Assembly: GCA_963663545.1 (NCBI GenBank)
Contig: OY760505.1
Span: 2,528,001 to 2,592,000, forward strand
DNA length: 64,000 bases
Direction of reading: 5' to 3'
Source: Candidatus Delongbacteria bacterium
GTDB taxonomy: Bacteria; CAIWAD01
The translations under genes and the position numbers were made by a program. Shown here piece after piece: positions 41,385 to 49,324 of the stretch (position 1 is its first letter; the number at the start of each line of letters is the position of its first letter). The notes beneath the pieces were generated by a model that worked only from the letters and a program-made list of their open reading frames with translations, had not been told where the DNA came from and did no database searches.

Positions 41385-42821
41385 ATGACTGCATACGAAA
41401 TTATCCAGCACAAGCAGCAAGGCCAGGCCAATTCGGCTGAGGAAATCCGCTACATGGTTGAGGGCGCCATGTGTGGACGCGTGCAGGAGGCGCAGATCGC
41501 CGCCTGGTTCATGGCCATCTATTTCCAGGGAATGACACCCGAGGAAACCTGGGTACTGACCGATGCCATGTGGCATTCCGGCGAAGTCTTTGATCTGAGC
41601 AGTATCACGGGACACAAGGCGGACAAACATTCCACCGGTGGTGTCGGCGACAAGATCACCTTCATTCTGGCGCCCATGCTGGCAGCCTGTGGCTTGGTCG
41701 TGCCGAGTATCACGGGACGTGGTCTGGGGCACACCGGTGGTACGCTGGATAAGATGGAGAGCCTCCCCGGGTTGCGCAGCGGCCTTTCGCAGGACGAGTT
41801 CCATCGAGTACTTCGTGATACAGGCCTTTCTTTGATTGGCCAGACAGAGAATCTGGTGCCCGCTGATCGACTGTTCTACGCTCTGCGTGATGTGACCGCA
41901 ACCGTGGCCAGTGTTCCGCTGATTTGCGCATCGATTCTGTCGAAGAAGCTGGCGGAAGGTATCGACAGCCTTGTATTGGACGTGAAATGCGGCCATGGCG
42001 CCATTTTCCAGCAATTCGACCAGGCAGAGGAGCTGGCGCGTAATCTGGTGGCCATTGCTGATCGAGGCGGCAAGGCTGTTTGCGCGCTGATTACCGAAAT
42101 GAACTCACCGCTGGGTCGGCAGATTGGCAACTGGAACGAGCTGGTGGAAAGCGCAGAGTGCCTTTCCGGCTACGGCAGTCCGGATCTGATGGAAGTGAGC
42201 TACGCGCTGGGAGCAGCTGCATTGCTGATTTCCGGAGAGGAGAAGCGCCTGGATGACGCGCTACGCAGGTTGCAGTCTGTGATACACGATGGCAGCGCAC
42301 TGGAACGCTACTATCTCAATATCGAGGCGCAAGGTGGCAGCCGTGAGTGGTTTCTGCACCCGCAACGAGCGCCGCGTCCCAAGGCTGGCTTGACCCTGAT
42401 TTCCGAGAGTGGCGGATGGGTACACGACATCCAGAGCCGCGAGCTTGGGCTGGCCGCGGTATCACTTGGAGCTGGTCGTCAGAAGAAGGACGAGGCCGTG
42501 GATCACAGCGCTGGCATCAGTATTCACCGCCACGTTGGTGAGTTCATCAAGCCCGGCGAAGCGGTGTGTGACATTTACAGTTCACGTGATGTGGATTTCG
42601 AGAGCATCGGTCGCCGTGTGCTGGCGGCGTGGGACATTCGCGCCAACAAGCCGGAGATCGCCCATAGCACGTATGCACACGCCGATGGATCGGCTGGTTG
42701 GCCATCGCGTATTCTTGCCTGCATCGGTCTGCCGTTTACACCCGCCGACTGGCGTGATACATTGACGGAGGTCGGCCTTGGACTGCGTCCGCATCCCCTA
42801 AGTCCACAGGCGCTCTCTTGA
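41385..42821 (+). CDS. pdp: Thymidine/pyrimidine-nucleoside phosphorylase
   Basis: DKHSTGGVGDK, GRGLGHTGGTLDK, YALRDVTATV, SILSKK, LGAGR. Confidence 0.95.
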   Translation: MTAYEIIQHKQQGQANSAEEIRYMVEGAMCGRVQEAQIAAWFMAIYFQGMTPEETWVLTDAMWHSGEVFDLSSITGHKADKHSTGGVGDKITFILAPMLAACGLVVPSITGRGLGHTGGTLDKMESLPGLRSGLSQDEFHRVLRDTGLSLIGQTENLVPADRLFYALRDVTATVASVPLICASILSKKLAEGIDSLVLDVKCGHGAIFQQFDQAEELARNLVAIADRGGKAVCALITEMNSPLGRQIGNWNELVESAECLSGYGSPDLMEVSYALGAAALLISGEEKRLDDALRRLQSVIHDGSALERYYLNIEAQGGSREWFLHPQRAPRPKAGLTLISESGGWVHDIQSRELGLAAVSLGAGRQKKDEAVDHSAGISIHRHVGEFIKPGEAVCDIYSSRDVDFESIGRRVLAAWDIRANKPEIAHSTYAHADGSAGWPSRILACIGLPFTPADWRDTLTEVGLGLRPHPLSPQALS

Positions 42822-43573
42822 TGTGGAAGCCTCTGCTGTGCGGTATCTGCGCGTGCCTCAGCCTGTTGCTTGCTTCCTGCAGTGAGGATAGCGCCGCCAA
42901 CCTGGACGCTTTCTGGATTGCCTCGGGCCCGGCGCGCGAATTGTATCGCCTTGATCGCGACAGCTACGAGACAAAGGTCCAGGGCTATCTCAATTCCTCG
43001 CTGGTGAGTCTTTCCATTGATGATGACTATCAACTCTACGGCATTGAGGCCGTAACACAGTACCTGGTCTCCATTGATGCGATTACGCAGCGAACAACAC
43101 GAATTCGCGATCTGGTGGAAGTTACCGACGCCCGTGCCATTTGCTTCAACAGCTACTTCTGTTATGTGCTGGACCAGGGACAGCGTGTGCTGCGCATCAA
43201 TCCCGAATCGGGGTTGGTGCTGGCGACCTGGACGCTGAATCGTCCCCATCAGGACTACATTGATATCACCGTTGCCCGCGGTGCGATCTCCAATGCGGAC
43301 GTGTTTCCCGGCGACCTCCTGCTACTCAGGCGGGAAAGTGCCCAGAGCCGCATCTATCGCATTCGGCTGGAAGATGGTGTGGGCGCAGTTCGGGAGATTT
43401 GTACAACCTCTTCACTGTGCGCTTTTGCTACTACTAAGGAGAGTGACAAGATTTACGCACTGAGCGAGGACGCATCGGCTCTTGTTGAATTGCTTCTACC
43501 CGAAGGAAACATGAACGTCATTGCGTATACAGACCTGGATCAGCTTCAGAACCCCAGTCTCACACTTCCCTGA
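42821..43573 (+). CDS. Hypothetical lipoprotein, likely beta-propeller
   Basis: Lipobox LASC; repeated LYR/LYG-type strands. Confidence 0.7.
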   Translation: MWKPLLCGICACLSLLLASCSEDSAANLDAFWIASGPARELYRLDRDSYETKVQGYLNSSLVSLSIDDDYQLYGIEAVTQYLVSIDAITQRTTRIRDLVEVTDARAICFNSYFCYVLDQGQRVLRINPESGLVLATWTLNRPHQDYIDITVARGAISNADVFPGDLLLLRRESAQSRIYRIRLEDGVGAVREICTTSSLCAFATTKESDKIYALSEDASALVELLLPEGNMNVIAYTDLDQLQNPSLTLP

Positions 43574-43728
43574 CACGCCCCTCCGGCATAAAGCTCTCCT
43601 TGCAAGGCAGATTCTCCCTTTCTTGCTAAGTCGTTCGTTTTGAGTTCAACTACGATGAGCTCTTGAGCTTAGCAGAAAAGATAACGCGGAAATATCGCGC
43701 CGGGGGCTTGTGCGCTCCTTGTGCCGAA

Positions 43729-43776
43729 ACACAAGATGTAGTAGGTTGATCCCCGCACTGATCGCAGATCTTGTGG
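43729..43776 (+). promoter_or_regulatory. Tandem NrdR boxes
   Basis: ACACAAGATGTAGTAG (43729-43744) and ATCGCAGATCTTGTGG (43761-43776), starts 32 bp apart, upstream of RNR. Confidence 0.7.
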
Positions 43777-43994
43777 CCCGCTGCTGGCGGGGCCTTCTGT
43801 CTCAAGGGACGCGCGATCTTTGCCGGGTTCCGGTCCCTGTCCAGGCCGGGTTTACATTCTCTATCACTGTTGAATCAGCCGGGGAAGACCATGGACACGA
43901 AAGCTCTCTCCTTTTTCCTGGCGCAATCATACCGATTCTCATGCGGGAATTGGGGCCATTGGACGGATCGTCAAATAGCAGCAGGAGCCCCAAG

Positions 43995-46532
43995 ATGAAG
44001 CAGATGTTCAGCTTTAAAGGCAAGCTGACGACCCGGTTGGGTGAGCGGGGTGTGCGCGATTATCAAAACGTGTACGAACAACTCGGCAAGGAGATCGCTG
44101 CCGATCGCCTGCCGCGGCACGCGGATTACCTGGCCGGCAATGACCTGGCGAGCAGCATCTATCGGCAGAAGTATTTTGTCAAGGATCTTCATGGCGAGCC
44201 CATCGAACACTCGCCCGAAGACGTGTTTCAGCGCGTCTCCGCCTTTGTGGCGGCCGCCGAGACCGACCCCGCGCTCATGCAGGAGTGGGCTGGCAGTTTC
44301 TATCAGGAGCTGCACGATGGCCGATTCATTCCTGGTGGACGCGTACTGGCCGGTGCCGGTGACCTCTACCGTCTTAAGACCTTGGCCAACTGCTTTGTCA
44401 GCCGCATAGATGAAGACAGCATCGACAGCTTGTACGAGACGGCTTTTCAGTGCGCGCGCACGTATAGTTATGGCGGTGGCATCGGCGTGGACATTACGCC
44501 ACTGCGTCCGCGTGATTCTGTGGTGCACAATGCTGCGGACTGTTCCACCGGCGCCGTCAGCTTCATGGAGCTGTTCAGCCAGACCACGGGCCTCATAGGC
44601 CAGTCCGGTCGTCGCGGTGCGCTGATGCTGACAATTGATGTCAAACACCCCGACATCATCGATTTCATTCGCGTCAAAAAGGATCCGAATTGGGTCACCA
44701 AGCAAATCGTCGAGCGTTGCCGAACGGCGGGCTTCAGCGATACGCAGCTGGCCGAAGTTGAAAAGCACGTGGCCGAGAATACGCAAGTACGCTTTGCCAA
44801 CATCTCCATCAAGGTCAGCGATGAGTTCATGAACGCCGTCGCGGAGCAGAAGCGCTTTGGCGATCGTGCCTACCTGGTGTATCGCAAGCAGGGGCGAGAG
44901 CGTCTGAATTCGGCGCCTCAGGGCGAAGGACTGCATTATAGCGCGGGCATTCCCAGCAAGGAGCTCGACCGCTACAGCCTACTGCACCAGTTTGAGAGCC
45001 TCGCGGAGTTGAACCAGTGGCTGCAGACGGAGTGTGGCCAGACAGTTAGCGCCGACGATTTTCGCGATCCTCTCCGTCGTGACGTGTACGGCGACCTCCT
45101 CTTCCAGGCGCGACGTGCACCTTCGACTGATCTGCTGGACCGCCTGGAGCGCGACGAAGAGTTTGCCGTGCGGCAAAGCGGCGACTTTCTGCTGTACTTT
45201 GCCAGCCATATCACCGGCGAAATCCGGCGGCTGACCAAGGCGCGCGAGATCTGGGACCGCTTCGTCGAGGGCAACTACCGCACCGCCGAGCCGGGTTTGA
45301 TCTTCTGGTCGACGATGAGTCGCTACAGTCCCAGCAATTATGTGGGGCGTCCGATCATCTGCACCAATCCCTGCGCCGAAGTTCCCTTGGAAGATGGCGG
45401 CGCCTGCAACCTGGGGTCGGTCAATCTGGCGCGTTTTGTATCACAGGGCTTCACACCGCGTGCTGAGGTCGACTGGCAGCGGCTGCGTAATACAACGCGC
45501 GTACTCGTGCGCTTCCTCGACAACGTGGTCAGCTGGAATGAGAAGCTCAACGCGCTTCCCAAACAGCGCCTCGCCGCCAGCGAAACCCGTCGCCTGGGCC
45601 TGGGAGTCATGGGTGTAGCGGACATGCTCTATCAGTTGGGGCTGGACTACGATAGCGAGGAAGGCATCGAGCTTGTAACACGCGTCATGGAGACCATCTC
45701 CGACACGGCCTATGCCACCAGTAGCGATCTGGCCGCCGAGAAGGGATCCAGTCCGGTCTTCGATTCCGAAGCGTATCTGGACTGCCCTTTTGTTCGCGAG
45801 GGCTTGAGCGAGGAAACCCGTGCGCGCATTGCCAAGCAGGGCCTGCGGAACATTGCCATCATGTCCATCGCTCCCACGGGCACCATCTCCAACATCGTAC
45901 TGGGACTGACGCGCGGCGACAAGCGCTACATCGGTGTCTCTGGAGGCATCGAGCCCGTGTTCGCGTTGTATTACACTCGTCGTAGCGAGAGCCTGAAGAA
46001 CCAGTACTACAAGGTCTTCCATAGCACGGTGCAGGCCTATGTCGATGCCAACGGCCTGAGTGAGCGCGCTGATAATAGCCGCCAACTCGAGGGCGTGCTG
46101 CCCGAGTATTTCTTCCGCACGGCGCACAAGGTCGATCCCATGCGTCGCGTGGAAATCCAGAGTCGCGTGCAGCGCTACGTGGATCACAGCATCAGCAGCA
46201 CGATCAACCTCCCCGAAGATGTATCACCGGAAGTGATTTCCGACATCTATCTGGAGGCATGGAAGCGGGGGCTGAAGGGCGTGACCGTCTATCGCGATGG
46301 CAGCCGCGTTCCCATTCTCAGTGTGGAAGGGCAGGAGACCGAGTTCCAGAAATTCCGCACCAAGCGCTTCCGCGTGACACAAGCCGATGGCAACCATCTG
46401 GAGTTTGCCGGCGACGAAGTGCTGCGCCTGCCCGATGGCACCCTTAGTACACCCTACCATTACATCAACTATAGCTCGTTCAGCATGGAGAAAATGCTGG
46501 ACAGCACCACCTTCGAGGAGGTCCGGGTATGA
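43995..46532 (+). CDS. nrdJ: Class II (adenosylcobalamin-dependent) ribonucleotide reductase, large part
   Basis: PGGRVL, ANCFV, GGGIG, RRGALM, EPGLIF, TNPCAE, CNLGS, APTGTIS, TVYRDGSR; ATG 43995 after GGAG. Confidence 0.95.
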   Translation: MKQMFSFKGKLTTRLGERGVRDYQNVYEQLGKEIAADRLPRHADYLAGNDLASSIYRQKYFVKDLHGEPIEHSPEDVFQRVSAFVAAAETDPALMQEWAGSFYQELHDGRFIPGGRVLAGAGDLYRLKTLANCFVSRIDEDSIDSLYETAFQCARTYSYGGGIGVDITPLRPRDSVVHNAADCSTGAVSFMELFSQTTGLIGQSGRRGALMLTIDVKHPDIIDFIRVKKDPNWVTKQIVERCRTAGFSDTQLAEVEKHVAENTQVRFANISIKVSDEFMNAVAEQKRFGDRAYLVYRKQGRERLNSAPQGEGLHYSAGIPSKELDRYSLLHQFESLAELNQWLQTECGQTVSADDFRDPLRRDVYGDLLFQARRAPSTDLLDRLERDEEFAVRQSGDFLLYFASHITGEIRRLTKAREIWDRFVEGNYRTAEPGLIFWSTMSRYSPSNYVGRPIICTNPCAEVPLEDGGACNLGSVNLARFVSQGFTPRAEVDWQRLRNTTRVLVRFLDNVVSWNEKLNALPKQRLAASETRRLGLGVMGVADMLYQLGLDYDSEEGIELVTRVMETISDTAYATSSDLAAEKGSSPVFDSEAYLDCPFVREGLSEETRARIAKQGLRNIAIMSIAPTGTISNIVLGLTRGDKRYIGVSGGIEPVFALYYTRRSESLKNQYYKVFHSTVQAYVDANGLSERADNSRQLEGVLPEYFFRTAHKVDPMRRVEIQSRVQRYVDHSISSTINLPEDVSPEVISDIYLEAWKRGLKGVTVYRDGSRVPILSVEGQETEFQKFRTKRFRVTQADGNHLEFAGDEVLRLPDGTLSTPYHYINYSSFSMEKMLDSTTFEEVRV

Positions 46533-47194
46533 TCCGGTTGGACAGCCATGATATGCAACTGGTGGAAGTGACTCCTCCTGCGAAGCTGGCGCAACCGGCC
46601 ACGGTGTGTTCCAATCCCGTTCAGGGCGAGCTTCCGCTGGAAGGCGAGGCCATCAAGAAGCGCCCCGAGGTAGTGGAAGCGCTCACCTATAAAATGCGCT
46701 CGAGCTTTGTCAATCATAATGTCTACATCACCCTGGGTTGGGTGATTCAGGGCGGCATCAAGCGACCGATCGAGATCTTCTTCAACACCAAAGATCTCAC
46801 CCGCAGCCAGGAATATGTGATGCTCACCCGGCTGATCAGCGCGCTCTTCCGCCGCTGTGCCGATCCTTCCTTCATTCTGGAGGAGTTGCGCGGCATTCAG
46901 GACCCCAACGGTGGGCGCTTCCGTGAAGGCCGCTACGTGCAGAGCCTGTACGCCGAAGTGGCCGAAGTGATGGAGCGCTTCTTTTACGATGTAGGCATCC
47001 TTGAACCAAAGGTGGCTCAGTACGCAAGCGAGGCCGGTGAGAAAGTGGTCTCCATCGACTTCAACAGCCAGGCGGCTCATCATGAAATCAACGCTGAATT
47101 CAAGATCTGCCCCGACTGCCAGCAGCGGACGCTGAAGATGGAGAATGGCTGCGATAGCTGCGTATCCTGTGGTTATAGCAAGTGTGACAAGTGA
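46529..47194 (+). CDS. NrdJb-like TSCPD domain protein with C-terminal Zn ribbon
   Basis: PIEIFFNTKD...LTRLISALFR; CPDC...ENGCDSCVSCGYSKC; ATGA overlap with nrdJ. Confidence 0.9.
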   Translation: MIRLDSHDMQLVEVTPPAKLAQPATVCSNPVQGELPLEGEAIKKRPEVVEALTYKMRSSFVNHNVYITLGWVIQGGIKRPIEIFFNTKDLTRSQEYVMLTRLISALFRRCADPSFILEELRGIQDPNGGRFREGRYVQSLYAEVAEVMERFFYDVGILEPKVAQYASEAGEKVVSIDFNSQAAHHEINAEFKICPDCQQRTLKMENGCDSCVSCGYSKCDK

Positions 47195-47218
47195 CCGCTG
47201 CGATTGTGTAACACAAAC

Positions 47219-47243
47219 GGCGGTCCTGGTGGCCGCCTTTTTC
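47219..47243 (+). terminator. Rho-independent terminator
   Basis: GGCGGTC-loop-GGCCGCC-TTTTT. Confidence 0.65.
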
Positions 47244-47264
47244 TTATCTACGCCTGGAGGAAAT

Positions 47265-47948
47265 ATGAAGCTATGCTATCTCGTGCTACTTCCGCTGCTG
47301 GCTGGTAGCCTCTATGCCGAGGGCAGTTTGGAGCTGAACTGCGGGTACCAGACCCGATACATGCTGCAAGGCTATGACCTGCTCACACAGGGAAGCCTGA
47401 TGTATCACGAAGTCGTCATCAACGAGGGCGGTTTCAGCGCAAGCGCCTGGTACGCCGAAGGCGCGGACGATCCTGCCTTGCAGGAAACCGTTTTGCATTG
47501 GGGCTATGGCCGCCCGATTGGGCCGGTATATCTCTATGCTGGCTACACCTTTCTGCACTATTCCGACGAGTTTCGCGATAGCGAGTGGTGCCTGAGTCTG
47601 GATGGCAACCTCTTGCCCGTGTTACACGCCGGTGCCTTGGCTTATCGCTCCCGCGAGGGCGAGGGCACCTTTTACGAATTCAGTCTGGATCACGAGCAGG
47701 CCCTGCCTTGGGCCGAGGCGTGTATCACGCCGACACTCGTATTGGGCGTGAACGAGAAGTACGTGCCTGATCACAAGAACGGCCTTCATCACATCGATTT
47801 GAAGCTCGACGGGCAGGTTCCCCTGGGCTGGGGACTGAGCTTGACGGCGGGCGTGCACGAGGCTATTCCGCTCGAAGAGGAAGGACGCGATGGCAGCAAA
47901 CTGAAAGCCGCTTTCAGTTACGGCCTGGGCCTGAGCTGGTCCCGTTAG
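47265..47948 (+). CDS. Putative outer-membrane beta-barrel protein
   Basis: Signal peptide, alternating aromatic beta strands, C-terminal YGLGLSWSR. Confidence 0.7.
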   Translation: MKLCYLVLLPLLAGSLYAEGSLELNCGYQTRYMLQGYDLLTQGSLMYHEVVINEGGFSASAWYAEGADDPALQETVLHWGYGRPIGPVYLYAGYTFLHYSDEFRDSEWCLSLDGNLLPVLHAGALAYRSREGEGTFYEFSLDHEQALPWAEACITPTLVLGVNEKYVPDHKNGLHHIDLKLDGQVPLGWGLSLTAGVHEAIPLEEEGRDGSKLKAAFSYGLGLSWSR

Positions 47949-48045
47949 ACAATTTGCGTGAGCAGTGAAAAGCGCGGAGCCTGTTCAGCGCTTTTTACAC
48001 CCTCCTGGGAAGCTGCGAGGTTCTATAACCGGTCCGCTGGACCCC

Positions 48046-48074
48046 TTGACAATGCAAAAGTCGAATTATAAACT
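48046..48074 (+). promoter_or_regulatory. Sigma-70 type promoter of tRNA gene
   Basis: TTGACA-N17-TAAACT. Confidence 0.75.
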
Positions 48075-48129
48075 AACCGGCCTGTCGTCGTTGGCGAATG
48101 TTTCTGCATGAGCCGCGTCGGTGGAGTTG

Positions 48130-48201
48130 GCTCCATTAGCTCAATGGTAGAGCAGCTGACTCTTAATCAGTTGGTTCGGGGTTCGAGTCCCTGATGGAGC
48201 A
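48130..48201 (+). tRNA. tRNA-Lys (anticodon CTT), CCA not encoded
   Basis: Cloverleaf: GCTCCAT/ATGGAGC acceptor, GCTC/GAGC D arm, GCTGA-CTCTTAA-TCAGT anticodon arm, CGGGG-TTCGAGT-CCCTG T arm. Confidence 0.97.
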
Positions 48202-48203
48202 TC
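48159..48203 (+). repeat. att core copy (tRNA 3' half)
   Basis: 45 bp direct repeat with 56666..56710, one mismatch. Confidence 0.92.
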
Positions 48204-48258
48204 GGCCAAAGTGCTGAGAAAACAAGAGGAAGCGCCGCGATGACGGCGCTTTTCGTTT

Positions 48259-48495
48259 CTACGCAGATTGCTCAGAACCACTGGAAAACACCTCAGAATT
48301 CATCATTTCGTGTACTATGTGTGTACTACACGTGTTCGGAATCAGTTGGTTCCAGAGCTGCTGAATGGCCACCGCGACGCGCTGCAAAGTCTCCAGGTGT
48401 GCGTGATCGTAGGTGCCCGTGACCATGCCCCAGGACTTCCCTGTTTGACTGTGACCTACCCATCTGGCCACGTCCTCCAAGGCCACGCCATTCAC
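48259..48495 (-). pseudogene. C-terminal fragment of a tyrosine recombinase
   Basis: NGVALEDVARWVGHS...VTGTYDH resembles the box II (G-H...T..Y) end; boundaries approximate. Confidence 0.6.
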
Positions 48496-48499
48496 CAGG

Positions 48500-48745
48500 C
48501 CATTGAGCCAACTGCTCGCGCAGCGCAGGGAAACGGGCGACCGCGTGCTCTACCGTCTTGCCTGCGGGAATCAGGAGCAATCCGCGCTCCTCCTGGGTGC
48601 GCCGAAGCTCTGCTCGCAGCCGCTGGATCTCTTTGCGTGAAGCTGCCAGTTCGTCTGACGTGTTGTGGGCCGGAGCGGCCCTCCTGATCAAGATGTACAA
48701 GGTGTTAACGCTGATGCCCAGGCTGCGTGTCACATCTCCTTGGCT
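48500..48745 (-). pseudogene. IS3 family transposase remnant (OrfA and start of OrfB)
   Basis: DVTRSLGISVNTLY HTH, then coiled coil ELAASRKEIQRLRAELRRTQEER; boundaries approximate. Confidence 0.65.
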
Positions 48746-49031
48746 GGTGAAGGACAAGATCCAGGCCAGCATCTACTATGACGCGCAGATGTGGTCCATC
48801 TGGAAGGCACTGCGGCCTGTTATTGAGCGCATTGCCTTTACCCTGGCCAGCTACAACACGGGTCCGGGAAACATCATCAAGGCCCAGCGTCTTGTCACAC
48901 AGCCGCTCAACTCCAACTATTGGTAGCCTGTGGCAGATGTGTTACACCGTGTTACAGGCGGGCATGCGCAGGAGACACGAGGATACGTGGGGGGGCAGAG
49001 ACGGGCTGATCTGATGATGCAGTCGCCGTGA
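48746..49031 (+). pseudogene. Lytic transglycosylase (SLT) fragment with internal stop
   Basis: IQASIYYD...LASYNTGPGNI...W*PVADVLHRVTGGHAQETRGYV; start approximate. Confidence 0.7.
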
Positions 49032-49324
49032 TACACGGCCTATCCTGCTATGCAAACTCCAAGGAAGTCCCACGTATTTGCCGGGCTAACGTGTCTTTGT
49101 CTCCAGCATTCCTTCCGTAACGGTCGAAGCAAGCAAAGCTTCCGGTCTTCTTAGCCCACTACACCCTGTGACAGCGAGATAAAAACGAATCTGATTTGCT
49201 GGAACATGTATTTGTCCTACTAGAACTCTTCTCTTGCATTCGGTGTGTCTTACACAGAGCTTGTTTACGAGAGGTGGCAGCACAGCCACGAAGAAGGACC
49301 ACACACTATGCAGGAGAAGTCCAG

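Noticed and set aside
43780..43990. Cobalamin riboswitch or leader peptide upstream of nrdJ
   Set aside because: No recognisable B12-box; the short ORF ending 43998 has no support beyond its overlap
44840..45240. Intein in nrdJ
   Set aside because: No Cys/Ser start, His-Asn end or homing endonuclease motif
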